In this document: positions 38,082 through 50,478 of the stretch, in pieces | How positions within the stretch are numbered: position 1 is the first letter of the stretch | Layout of the letters: each line of letters opens with the position of its first letter | Assembly: GCA_048213135.1 (NCBI GenBank) | Contig: PS015081.1 | Location: forward strand, 106,785-170,784 | Direction: 5' to 3' | From: Reclinomonas americana ATCC 50394 | Lineage: Eukaryota | DNA: 64,000 nt | Program-made: the position numbers and the translations under genes | The notes under the pieces: model-generated | What the model was told of the DNA's origin: nothing | Seen by the model: only the letters and a program-made list of their open reading frames with translations | The model's database searches: none

Positions 38082-41000
38082 AATATGGATCTGACAGAAG
38101 AATGACTGTGTGCTCTTTNNNNNNNNNNNNNNNNNNNNGTCTGTTGCGTTGGGAGAGAGAGAGAGAGAGAATGTTAAGATGGATGTGACAGAAGAATGAC
38201 TGTGTGCGTACTCCTTGTGTGTGTGTGCGTGCACAGTGTCACCGGGAAGTGTGACTGCGGCGGACAAGACTGTGTTCTTGAATGATGCGACGAGTGCGGT
38301 GACGGTGAATGTGTCTGGCAGCGGGCTGCTGAATGTGTGTGGCGACAACAGTGCAGTGGGTGCTGTTGCGGCAGGGTCGAACACGTTTGCTTCTGGGATC
38401 ACGGTGGCTTGCGCGTTTGTGAGCAGCACGAGCATGTCACTCGGTGTGCTTGTGAGTGGAGCGAGTGCGGGGACGTACACCATGAAAGTGCGGTGGTCGA
38501 CTGTGTCACCGTACAACTCGGCGTTCACCATTAGCGTCCGTTGCGTTCATGGCTGGATGTGCTGTGAGTCAGTGATTGAGCCAGTACTGACTTTATGATG
38601 TCTTATGCTGCGTCAGTTGCACCCGGCCAAGTCACGTCTGTGGAAGTGCCGCATGTGTTCAACGACACCGGAGTCGCGACCGTGGTCAAGGTGTATGGCA
38701 CTGGCTTGCTGGATGTGAGCGTCGATGCGAACGCGGTCATGATCGATGGTGCAGTGACGGCGACGTTGCAAGCCACGCTCGTCGACAGCACGTACATGAC
38801 TGTGTCAGTGCTGCCGACAAACGCTGTCAGAGGGACTTTTCCACTGAAAATTCGTTGGTCGAGTGTGTCGCCACGGCAAACAGTGTGTTCACTCAACGTT
38901 GGTTAGTTTAAATTTGGAGTGACACCGCATGCCTGTGAGTGAGCTTATGTTGATTATTCTATGTTGTTATCGCAGTGTCCACTCCCTCTGTCACATCTGT
39001 TGACAGGCTTGTCATCTTCAACAACACGGTTGCCTCGACCCTGATGACGATAACCGGTGTTTCCTTTTTCGACGTGANNNNNNNNNNNNNNNNNNNNNNN
39101 NNNNNNNNNNNNNNNNNNNNNNNNNNNNNNNNNNNNNNNNNNNNNNNNNNNNNNNNNNNNNNNNNNNNNNNNNNNNNNNNNNNNNNNNNNNNNNNNNNNN
39201 NNNNNNNNNNNNNNNNNNNNNNNNNNNNNNNNNNNNNNNNNNNNNNNNNNNNNNNNNNNNNNNNNNNNNNNNNNNNNNNNNNNNNNNNNNNNNNNNNNNN
39301 NNNNNNNNNNNNNNNNNNNNNNNNNNNNNNNNNNNNNNNNNNNNNNNNNNNNNNNNNNNNNNNNNNNNNNNNNNNNNNNNNNNNNNNNNNNNNNNNNNNN
39401 NNNNNNNNNNNNNNNNNNNNNNNNNNNNNNNNNNNNNNNNNNNNNNNNNNNNNNNNNNNNNNNNNNNNNNNNNNNNNNNNNNNNNNNNNNNNNNNNNNNN
39501 NNNNNNNNNNNNNNNNNNNNNNNNNNNNNNNNNNNNNNNNNNNNNNNNNNNNNNNNNNNNNNNNNNNNNNNNNNNNNNNNNNNNNNNNNNNNNNNNNNNN
39601 NNNNNNNNNNNNNNNNNNNNNNNNNNNNNNNNNNNNNNNNNNNNNNNNNNNNNNNNNNNNNNNNNNNNNNNNNNNNNNNNNNNNNNNNNNNNNNNNNNNN
39701 NNNNNNNNNNNNNNNNNNNNNNNNNNNNNNNNNNNNNNNNNNNNNNNNNNNNNNNNNNNNNNNNNNNNNNNNNNNNNNCGGCCGACGTTAGTTCATTTCG
39801 CATCTCTGTCAGGGGCTCCAGTGACTTTGTCGCGGGCATACCTGTCTCTAGCACGTACATCAACAACTCATCGATCACCCTTCGTGTACCGTCGCTCGGC
39901 GTCGCGGCAGGCCCGTACTCGATGCGGGTACGATGGTCGCCAACGGCGCCGTACGTGACGGCCTTCAACTTCGACATTGGTACGCAGAGTGTCGCAATCG
40001 TTCACATCCTGCTTTTCCTCTCTCACCTTTCTTGTTCCTCTGCACGCCGCAGTTGTCAAGCCGCCACAGTGGTGTCAAGAGCGCACCACTCTTGCTGCGA
40101 TTGCGGGAACCATCACGTCCATCACCGATGGCACACCAACTGGCTCCGCGTATGCCGCGTACACCTCGTGTCGGTGGATGGTGAACAGCGTCACCCCTAG
40201 TGCCACCGTCATGTTCCTGTCTGTCATGCGTATCGACACGGAGGTGAACAAGGACCAGGTGCGAGTGTACACTGGTGATGCTGGAGAGTCGGCGGCGACG
40301 CTTGTGGCATCATTTTCAGGCGACCGCATNNNNNNNNNNNNNNNNNNNNNNNNNNNNNNNNNNNNNNNNNNNNNNNNNNNNNNNNNNNNNNNNNNNNNNN
40401 NNNNNNNNNNNNNNNNNNNNNNNNNNNNNNNNNNNNNNNNNNNNNNNNNNNNNNNNNNNNNNNNNNNNNNNNNNNNNNNNNNNNNNNNNNNNNNNNNNNN
40501 NNNNNNNNNNNNNNNNNNNNNNNNNNNNNNNNNNNNNNNNNNNNNNNNNNNNNNNNNNNNNNNNNNNNNNNNNNNNNNNNNNNNNNNNNNNNNNNNNNNN
40601 NNNNNNNNNNNNNNNNNNNNNNNNNNNNNNNNNNNNNNNNNNNNNNNNNNNNNNNNNNNNNNNNNNNNNNNNNNNNNNNNNNNNNNNNNNNNNNNNNNNN
40701 NNNNNNNNNNNNNNNNNNNNNNNNNNNNNNCGGCGCACCTGTAGAGCTCTCTGGCAGTTGTGTCTGTTGTGCTGCGCCACAATATGTGTCACACACTGCT
40801 TAATCTCTTGTTGAACTCGAACGCAACAGCAACCACACTGCTAGTGGCCTTCGAGGCCGATGGAACTCAGCAACGCAGTGGCTGGGAGATTCAAGTGTAT
40901 GGTGAGTCGCTGCCGACTGTATGGAATCAGTTCCAGGGGCATGCAGCTGGCTCACCGCACAGAACAGTACCACGAGGCCTGCAGGTCACGCTCTCCGGCG

Positions 41001-44000
41001 ACGGTGGAATCTACTCATGGGGAACGACGGTAGAGCTATCGGCGACTGTCGTCGACTTGGATAATCGGTCGTCTTTTGCGTCGGTAGGCTGAAGCACGGA
41101 TATCGATCGACAGATGTACGAGCCTTCTTCTCTCATGTGTTGTACGTGTTTGCGTGTGTAGGCCGTTCCACTTGCTGTCTCTTGGAGCTGTGTCTTTTTC
41201 TCCGCCTTGGGCTCTGGCGCTGCCGAAGATTGTGGCTTGTCGTTCACCCCGGAGTTGACCAACATCGTGGGACCTGGTGGCATGCGGAACGGAACGTTTC
41301 GAAAGCAGTTGCCGTCGGTGAAATGCACTCTGTTTCACGTTTCTTATTTTCTTCGATGTACACCAGGTACGCATTCACTGTATTGGCCAAACGAGGCAGC
41401 TTCTCGGCCACGGCCAGCTCCTCCATCACTTACGGCGCCTCAAATTCCTTGTATTTGTTAGTGGTACGTGTTTACCGGTGTGAATGTCAGTGATCGTCGT
41501 TGCTCGAATGCTATGCTCACCACACTGAGGCACAGCCGAGTGCTGGCGAAACCACTTCGCAGTTGCGCAACTGGATGGAGCCGTTTGTTGTGCGCGCCGT
41601 CTTGTCGGGTGCAATTGCCGATCGATCAGATGTGACGGCCAGATTCAATGTCACCGGTGTGTGTTGCGCTTTTGTACCCTTTTTCCGCGCATTGCTCACT
41701 CGTGCACTGCGACGCAGATCTGCGCACTGCTTCCGCTGTCTCTCTCGACAAATTCGAAATCGTGCGGAACTCACGCTCGCTGCCGATTGCTTTGCGCGTC
41801 GCGGCAGGTGTGTTGGACGCTGGCACACGCTACGAGTTTGCATACGCTGCGCAAGCCGGAGGATCCGTTTGTTGCGTGTGGTGCTGGGTCGATGTCCTCC
41901 GTTGTCTGCACCAGTTGATCTGTGTGTATTTTAGTGAGCACTACACTCGAGGTGGCCATGCGACCGCGTCCCACTATCACGGGTTCGATTATGGCGACGC
42001 CGCAGCAGGGCGTTGAGCGATCCACGCTTTATACGATCACTGCACCGACGGGGAGCGGCGGCACCGGTGCGGTGCTATTCTACACATTTTACTACAATCG
42101 AGTGCGAACGGGCACTGCTGTACTCCTCGGCATGCAGCTGAACTCGACGCTGGTTACCACCCTGGAGGCCGGTGACCCAAACGACCAATACCGTGTGTCC
42201 GTTCAAGTGGAAGTCAGTGATGCGACTGGCGTAGCATCCAAGTTTCGTAAGTTGGTACATTGCACGCTCACACGTACGCCTGTTCACCAACATGCCTTTG
42301 TGATTGGCGCAGGGCGAGTTTGAACACCACAGTCATCGTCAGCCCGCAACCGAATGCAGGATCCGCGCAGCTCCAGCAGCAATTTGTAACGGGTGTGTCG
42401 ACTCTGTCGGCGATGCCGCTCCGTGACAGCGCAGATGCCGCGCAGGTGGTGGCGCGCGCATCCTATCTGCTGGCGATGCTGGAGGAGACCGATGGTCGAA
42501 CAGCAGTGCTGGCCGGTGGTACGCCGGTGTATGCGGCCATGGTCTCTGTTGCCACGCAGTTGTCGACTGCGACCGCGCTGCTGCGCCCCAGTGATATGCC
42601 GCGCGTCGTAACCGGCTTGCTCAGTTGCCTCAATTTGTCCTCCTTGTGCGTTTCTCCTTTTGTCTCCTCAAACCTTTCGTCTGTGCACTCACTTGCCTCC
42701 TCCCCGCAGTGCGCTGCCGCAGCTACCTCAGACGGAGCGCATCGCGGTCATTGGAGCCATGATTTTGTCTGCGGAGGCCGTCTCCAAGTCGTCGATCGTG
42801 AGTCAGAGTTCAGATGCTGCCTCGATACTGCAACTTGCCGATCGCCTCGCTGCAACACTGCCCGGAATCGCTCAAGCTGTGGATACAAGTACCTTGGGCA
42901 GTCGACTCACAAAGTCGGCAGAGCAGGTGCTCACCACTGCGGTGGCGGTGCAGGTATGCTGAAAGAGGAGCTCATGCAGTACACCTTCTTGTCTTACATT
43001 TCGACAACCGCAGGTTCCCGGTGATGCGCCTGCTCGCTTCGTCGGCGCCACCTTCACAATGGAGGCAGCGCACTTCTCAGCCGAACAGTCACCGACTGCC
43101 ACCACCACCGTCAAGTTCGTGGACAACAACAACGCGACAACGGTCTTGGAAGCTCTGCCTCAGTTCAATGCTGCAAGCGACTCGACATCGGCGGCTGCAT
43201 CCTTCGCCTTTCCGCGTTCATTTGCGTCCGTTGTTGGCGGGCGCAGCGACAGTGCCGTGTACATCTCCACCATGTTCGCTGCCGGTACGAATCCGTACGA
43301 CGCACTGGGTACCGGCACCGTGAATCAGGGCAGTAACAAGACAGCCCAGCTGCTCACCTCCATCCACACCTTCAAGTTGATTGACGTGACAGACTCATCA
43401 CCGATCACGGTTTCGAATCTGACGGACTGGTTTTACTTTCAACTGGGCGGCACGAACAGGACTCTGAGCGAGCAGATCGCCGGGCAGCTGGTGGGCGGTG
43501 CTCCTATTCGTTGTGCTCTCACTCTTCCAGACGCGATACTCACTCAGTAGAGTGCTGCTGCGCACAGAACAACACGCTGCGTTACATGCAGTCGTGCAAC
43601 CCGGGGAGCTACACATTCAGCACATCTGTTCAGCTCGTACCGCTGTTCAATATGTGTTCGCGAGGGGCGCCGTCTACGACGAATTCCACCGCCGCTACCT
43701 CGTCAAACACCACTCTTGCGGTCAATCCGCAGCGCGTCGACATGTGTGTGTATTGGTCGACACTGACGGGCAAGTGGAGCGCCGATGGTTGTCGCTCGTA
43801 CTTGAAGGTGCTGGAAGACGGCTTCCTGTCCGTGCTCCGTGAGATGCCATCTCTTGCTAAACAAGCCATCATTGTTTTGCAGGTCCAGGCCGGCGCTGTC
43901 GTCAACATTGTATGCGCCTGCAACCACATGACAGACTTCACTGTCGATGCGAGCGACGTGTTTGACATTCAGTTCACATTTGCAAGCCCGCTGGATGTGG

Positions 44001-47000
44001 GTGCGTTCTTTTCTGGTTCCGTCGCACACATCCTCCAGTCGTGGACGTTGTGGGTGCTTGCTGCTGTCCATGTGTTCTATGCGGTGGCCTGGTGCATTCT
44101 CTACCGCTGGGACCTCAGCCGTGATCGAGTTCTTCGACGTTACGAATCGCTCAAGTTGCTGGCACAGGAGAGAGTGGTGAGTACTTGCGTTCTTTGTTAC
44201 GCTTGTTTGTTTGTTGCACGAGTGACTGATCAACAGCACACGCTCAGGCATGGCATCAGCAGGAGCGAGGACCATTTTGCGGGAAATTCAGTTTTGCCGA
44301 ACTCGTGAAAGAAGTGTGGCGGCACCAGTACGGCGCCGAGCTTGCCAAGGAGGTGTTGCCTGTCGGCTTCATGACCAGGTTAACAACGGATGGCAACCTG
44401 TCTGTTCTTGAAGCCCGCTACTCACTATACAATCTGGTGGTGTGCGTGTAGGGTTTCAGAGCAATCGGCAGAGACTGGACCACCAAAGACCAATATCGCG
44501 TCTGCCTCGTCAGCTACGGGGAGCTCGTCGTCTGACGACGCGTTGTCGGAGCCCGATGATCGTACTTCATCATCTCTGGCGCTGTCGCATTCACCACCGT
44601 CGTCGCCACTGTCGGTTGCTCCCGACAATCCCCTTCCACACGCAGTACCTCTCGCTGTCCAATTGAGGCGACCGTCACATGCAACCCCGTGTGCGACGGC
44701 GGGTAGTGAGTCAAGGTTGCCGACTGGCGACGGGCAGAAGTCAGCAGAGGTCAGCGGAACGCGCGCCCCCATCTTTGTTTGTGGGTGCATTTCTCTAAAC
44801 TTTTCGTCACCAGCGCTTCTTGTTGGATTCACCATCGACAGTCGCGAGACGCCCATCTCTGCTGCCATTTGCGCCCAGTCCACCGGCTGGTGAGCTGTTG
44901 AGGATGTCGGTGGTTTCTCGTCTCACACTAAGCGTTACGTGTCATTGTGCATCGCAGTGTCAGCAGTTCCATCGCGGATGCTTGAAACTGCAAGAAGCCT
45001 GGTGGTATCCAAGAGCACGATTGTGACCGCTTTGATGCTCGAGGTAAGCCTTGCCGGAACACTCGTCAAATTCACCCTCTGACTTCTATCTTTTCCTCTC
45101 AAGGCGAATCGCGATGTTGCTCCCTCCGTTGCACCAAGACCACAGTCTCCCGGAGACCATGGCAGAGTGGAAAGCAATAAGGATATCCGTGATCCTGATC
45201 TCGTTCAACAATTGCGTCGTCACAGCGAAGTGATTGCGCATTTCAAGGGTGTGTCTCCCGTGTCTGTGTCTGCACTCGCCTTCGTGTCGTTGAAGCATTA
45301 TTCAACAGCGATTGTGACTCGTCTGATCGAGGCTCGGCGTCGGCAGTACGCCATAGTGCGTGCTGGAACTCAATTGGTTCGAATGTTCAAGCACGGTCAC
45401 TCGTGGCTGGCCACCATGACCACGCAACCGTTGGACAACTTTCGGCGCACGCAGAAACTCACAGTTGCGTGTCTTGTCATGCAGCACACAAATCACAACG
45501 AGTAGGAATACTCACCGTGCGCGCACACATAGGTGCTGTGGCTTGCCACCATGTGCGCCTTGTACTTCAATACCGTCCTGGCCGCACAACGAGATGTCTC
45601 TGACCTGTCGACCTTGTTCCGTGACCTCGTCATCGGCCTTATCATTGGTTCGCGAATTCATCGTTATGTGTTACGTGCTTCCACCTACAACACCGAACGC
45701 AGGAGCCACCATGGTCCCCGTATGCTTATTCGCCGGCTTTACCTTCCGATTCACCCCACGTCTACCGATGAACGACACCTGGTTCGAACGCGGCGAGACC
45801 AACTTGCGACAGCAGCTCGCCAACGCACTCCGTCTCGGCCGTGCACCTTCTACGCCGACGGAGGGATCACGTCGCTCTGAGGAGCCCCTATCCCCTCGAT
45901 CCAACGTCGAATCCTTGATGTCGCTGAGTGAGATCCAGAGTCGCCGTCGTCAGCGACAATTACGAGCCTCCAAGGGTATGATCGTGCATTCAGTGAGCTG
46001 TTTGCTTGTGGATTAAGTGTGTTCATTCTGCATTCCCATTATTGCGGCAGGAATTGTCCCCGTGGACAGCGACTTGGAGTACCACGCTGCAGATGGCACC
46101 AAAAGGCACGAGCAATGGACCACCAATTCAGCTGCTTCGGATTCTACGGCGGTACGTAGTGGATCGCTGTGAATCTCGATCTACGTGCTCTCTCTCTCTC
46201 TCTCTCTNNNNNNNNNNNNNNNNNNNNNNNNNNNNNNNNNNNNNNNNNNNNNGTCGCTCACGACGCGGATGTGTGTGCAGTCGCCCACCGCCAAGTTCAC
46301 TTCACTCGAGGCTCTTGGCAGCGAGTCATCGCACTCGCCGAGTCGGCTTGCCAAGCTGAATCGCATACAGCGATCTCCATCCAGCGGCTCTGTGGTAGTA
46401 ATCGGTGCTCGGCGATCGAGTCTTGCCAGTTTGTCGGGCAGTGAGGTGTCATTGCCGTCGCCCACCATGTTTACGGTGTGTGCACGAGTGATGAGTGCCG
46501 GCGCTTGATGTGACGCAGCTTCACTGATTGCGTCTCCCCTCCCAGTTCCGTCGCTTCAGCACGGTGCGACCTGTCGTTGGCGTCGAGTCGATGCAGAGTG
46601 TGAGTGCTCACTACAGACACCCCGTCGACCGTGCATGCTTGCTTGTAATGGCTGCGACCAACCCTCTTCTCCGCAGATGGTGGACCACAATCTGCTAACG
46701 TCTCGCCTGGTGGGGAGTATCGCACGAGGCGCCGACAGCGTCGAGAGATTCGTTGCAGACGGTCCGAGTGTGGCACGCAAACCAACAGCAAGTCGTGGTA
46801 CGTAGGTTGTACAGCAGCGAGCTTCGCTTGTCACGTGAGTGCTGACGAGTGTTGGTATGAGGCGACGCAGTCGCGTCAGAGAGTTTCATCGTGTATGATG
46901 TTGATGAGCACACGGCTGCGTCGGACAGCAGCATCAGTGGTGACCGAGCGGAGAATTCTGTGTACGATGAGGATGCTGTGGACGATCCCGACACCGTCAC

Positions 47001-48427
47001 GGTGCATGCCGACGCTGGTGATTTGTGGGGTCGGCATTCGCAGCTGCCCAGCCTGGAGGCGGTGCTGAGCCGTGATGTGATACCGCCTGTCATCGTCTTG
47101 CGGCCTGGCATGTACAAACCGTTCACCATCCCGGCCAGCGCGCGCACGCGGACGGGGACGCTCCAGATTCGTTCCATGCGCCAGAGTACGGCGGTGAGTG
47201 TTGTACTCTAAAAAGTGATTGCCAAGAGAGTGCTCGTTGATTGATCCTTGTTGCGCACCACAGTGCGTTTGTGCACTTCGCTTCACCGATATGGGCGAGC
47301 AGAAACTGGCGGTGCTTCGGCGGTGGCACGACAGCAGAGAGGTGAGTCCGTCTGTGCCCTCTGGAGTGCTGTCTCTCTCGCGTCACTCTTCGCAACGAAT
47401 CATGCTCCTCCACGTGCGTGCAGTCGGACCTCGACGATGCTGCAGTTGATGGTATGTTGCGTGAGCTGCCGCCAGCCGTCTCGATTCAGGTGTCGACCGA
47501 TGGCCGCACGATGGTGCGCACACTTGTCTTGCCTTGAAGAGCGTTCTCTTTCTCTCTCTTCTCACACCACAGTTGCTTCTAGGCCACTGGAGCGACGGCG
47601 GGAGAGGCGTTACGGCGGATCGAGCTGTGTGACTTGTCGTTTGAGGCGTCAGCTGCTGGCATTGCTGTGAGTTCCGTGCGCCAGTCTGAGGTGGCGGAAG
47701 AGAACGAGGTTTGTGAACCATGCACTTGCCGTCAGATCATCGCGTCGCGTCCCTCACCGACGACGCTGCGACGCTCAGCGACGGCGTTTGAGTACACCAG
47801 GTGCGTTTGGAGAACCCGCCGGCCATCCGCTGGAAATATACGCACACGACAATCAGTTCCGCACCGTGCACCGACTGGTGACGTACGACTCTGTGCACAC
47901 GTACCGTCAGCTGCTGGTGCGCCACGAGAACAACCTCAAGGTGGTGCCGTCGTCGTCGGTGGCAAATGCCGCAGTCGCCACGACTGTCGTGAAAGAGAAG
48001 AGTTGCGCTGACGTGTCCTTAGAAAGTACATGTGCGGGGCTCAACCTTGCCCCACCCGCAGAAGGACTGTGGCAGAGATTACGAACGCGCCAGTTGCCGT
48101 ATGTCACGGTCAGCGAGCATGCCCCTTTCTCCGTCTCACAAAAGTGTGTCGCCCCAACCCTCACGTGCATACATCGCACAGGTGTACGTGGCTTACACGC
48201 TCATCTGGGCGCTCGGCCTCTTCCTGACCTACATGACGCTGGTGACGGCCGGCGTTCTCCTCGCCTCCATGGGCGAACTGCCGCTGCTTCGTGCCTCCGC
48301 TGGCAGCGTGCTGAGCGACGTGTTCATCAACGAGCCCGTCAAGCTCGTCTTCCTGTGGTTGCTGGGTCCGTGTTTTGTGCCCGCCGTCTTTGCCGATCTC
48401 CTAAGCTTTGTAATCGGAGTCGTTTGA
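31841..48427 (+). CDS. Giant polycystin-1-like surface protein: NHL repeats, tandem Ig/IPT-like repeats, CUB, REJ/PKD, GAIN/GPS and about 5 TM segments
   Basis: NHL blades (ALFNSPFGV, AKFNGPSAL..LYIADANNSCIRR, ARFNGPTGL..LYVADTNNGAIR). About 100-aa beta-rich repeats ending GxYxxxxRWS. CUB (YAAYTSCRWMV..DTEVNKDQVRVY). REJ-like (PQQGVERSTLYTI..LEAGDPNDQY). GPS CVYW..KWSADGC..CACNHMTDF followed by a TM. PKD1-type HSWLA..FRRTQKLTVL and DVFINEPVK. The start and some internal exons are uncertain, with several gaps. Confidence 0.8.
37736..38539 (+). repeat. Near-identical tandem duplication of a 303-nt exon (37736-38038 and 38237-38539)
   Basis: Both copies encode (P/S)PGSVT(S/A)ADKTVFLNDATSAVTVNVSGSGLLNVCGD..RWSTVSPYNSAF, with few substitutions. 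Confidence 0.95.
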
Positions 48428-48618
48428 AGTAAAGTCCTGGTTTTTTGTTTCAGCTACTGCTGCACCTGGTCGCCAATAATGCAGCGGGGTTGTGAAGAGA
48501 GTGACTGAGACACCCCTCCACGTGTGTTACGCGGACTTGCAAAGCGCGGTTTTTGCGTCGAAAAGTTCTCACGCGCGAAAGGTATTTTTGTGATAAACTC
48601 CGACGACGAGCGCAAAGA

Positions 48619-50355
48619 ATGAGCGACGAGGCCGGCAGCAGCAGCAGCGACATGGACTACCCGGAGGTGAACGAGGCCGAGGCAGAGCTGCACAAAGGGT
48701 AAGCTGTGCAAGAGAGAACGTGTGAGTGTGCGTCACCAGGAGATGTGCATGCACACTCACTCCTCTCTCTCCACAGCGAGTTCCTGCCCGACACGCCCTC
48801 CAGCCCCGATCTTGTTGCGTCTCTCTTCTCCGATCTTCACGCTTTGTGTGCGTTTGCTGTTCACACTCTCATTGTGTGTGTGACAGGGGATTGCGTCGGG
48901 CTCTGCTGTGGACGATGGCGACGAGCTGGCGGTGTTTGATCCACTGGCCGCACTCGACGAATACCAAGTTACGAGTGTGGAGCATTCGGAGTGTGAGAGA
49001 AAGAGAATTCTTCCTAAAATCTCTCTCTCGCTCTTAGGTTGACAAGCTGCGTCGCATGCGCGAGGCGGTCGATGCCATGGACTTGAACGAGCGGGAGCGT
49101 GCGTGGGCCGATGACATGTGCCTGCTGCGCTGTTGCGTGCTTTACACAGTCTCTCTCTCTCTCTCTCTCTCGTGCTCGCACTGATGCCTGTCACTTGTTT
49201 GCAGATCTGCGTGCGCGTGAGTGGAAGCTGAAAAAGTCGGTGCCGATGATCAAGGAGACCATTGAGGTGTGTGTAAGTCGCTTCTTTTGGTGCTTGCGTT
49301 GCGGACGCTCATGCTGTGGTGCGATCATTTAGTGGCGTCGCGAGTTCAAGCCGTGGACGATCCGCCCCGAGGAGGTCGAACCCGAGTCGGTCACCGGAAA
49401 GAACTATCGCTTTGGTGTGTTCCCGCTGCCTTCCCCCTCCCCTCTTGTGTCGTGCGCGTGCTCACAGCGCGTGTCGCAGGCAAGGATAAGTTCGGTCGGC
49501 CGATCATTGTCATGACACCGGCGCGTGAGAACACAGACACCCACGAACGACAAGTGCGCCTCACGGTGTACGTCATTGAGCGGTGTATTGAGGAGATGGA
49601 TGCGCTCCACCATGGTGTGGAGCAGATCATTCTCATCATCGACAACAACGGCTTCACCATGCGCAATGCGCCACCACTAAAGGTGCGTGTGTGTGAATAC
49701 AATTGTCGCCTTCTCGCTCACCGTTTTTTCCTCACCCATCCACCAGGTCAGCAAGCAAGTGCTGCACATCCTGTCGAATCACTACCCCGAGCGCCTCGGC
49801 TTGGCGTTGGTCGTCGACGCACCGTTCTACTTCAAGATGTTCTGGGCCATGATCTCGCCGTTTGTTGCGTGCCTCGCTCGTCCACAAGTGCCTGCGTGAC
49901 ATGTGTTCCTCATGATCGCGCGGCAGATCAACAAGGTGACGTCGCGAAAGATTGTGTTCGCCTCGGGCAGCTGCGAGCCGGGATCGAAGAAGCACCAGGC
50001 ATGTTGTCGATGCTGTGCTGATGAAGATCGTCACTGCTGCTGCTGCTCACTTTGCATGCGCAGACCTTTGCCAAGTTCGCCGACATGGCACAGCTGGAGA
50101 AGAGATTCGGCGGCTCCGCCGACTTTACCTGTTGCGTCGTCGTCATCGTCGTCGTGGCACTCCACCCTGCGCTTCTGCTGCTTGCTGACCACGTTCACAT
50201 GCAGATGTGCACGAGCAGTACTGGCCACGAGAAACCGAGCTGTTCTACGCAAAGCACACAGGTAAACGAATTGCTCGCATTCTCCTCTGCTCCACAAGCG
50301 CGTTGACTCATCACGCTTGTACGTACATACAGCCGCGTACTGGGAGCAAGAGTGA
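48619..50355 (+). CDS. CRAL-TRIO/Sec14 lipid-transfer protein (PDR16/SFH3-like)
   Basis: DDMCLLR|YLRAREW, TIEWRREFKP, ESVTGKNYRF|GKDKFGRPII, IIDNNGF, ILSNHYPERLG, APFYF, ISPF|INKVTSRKIVF, LEKRFGG. Confidence 0.92.
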
Positions 50356-50478
50356 GAATTACGAACACAACAATCCACACGTCCGACAACCTTTGAAGTG
50401 AAATCGCATCTCTGCATATTCGACTGTGAAGAAGAGAGAGGAGAGAGCGAGCGTGCGTGTGTGTGTGAGAGTGCCACC

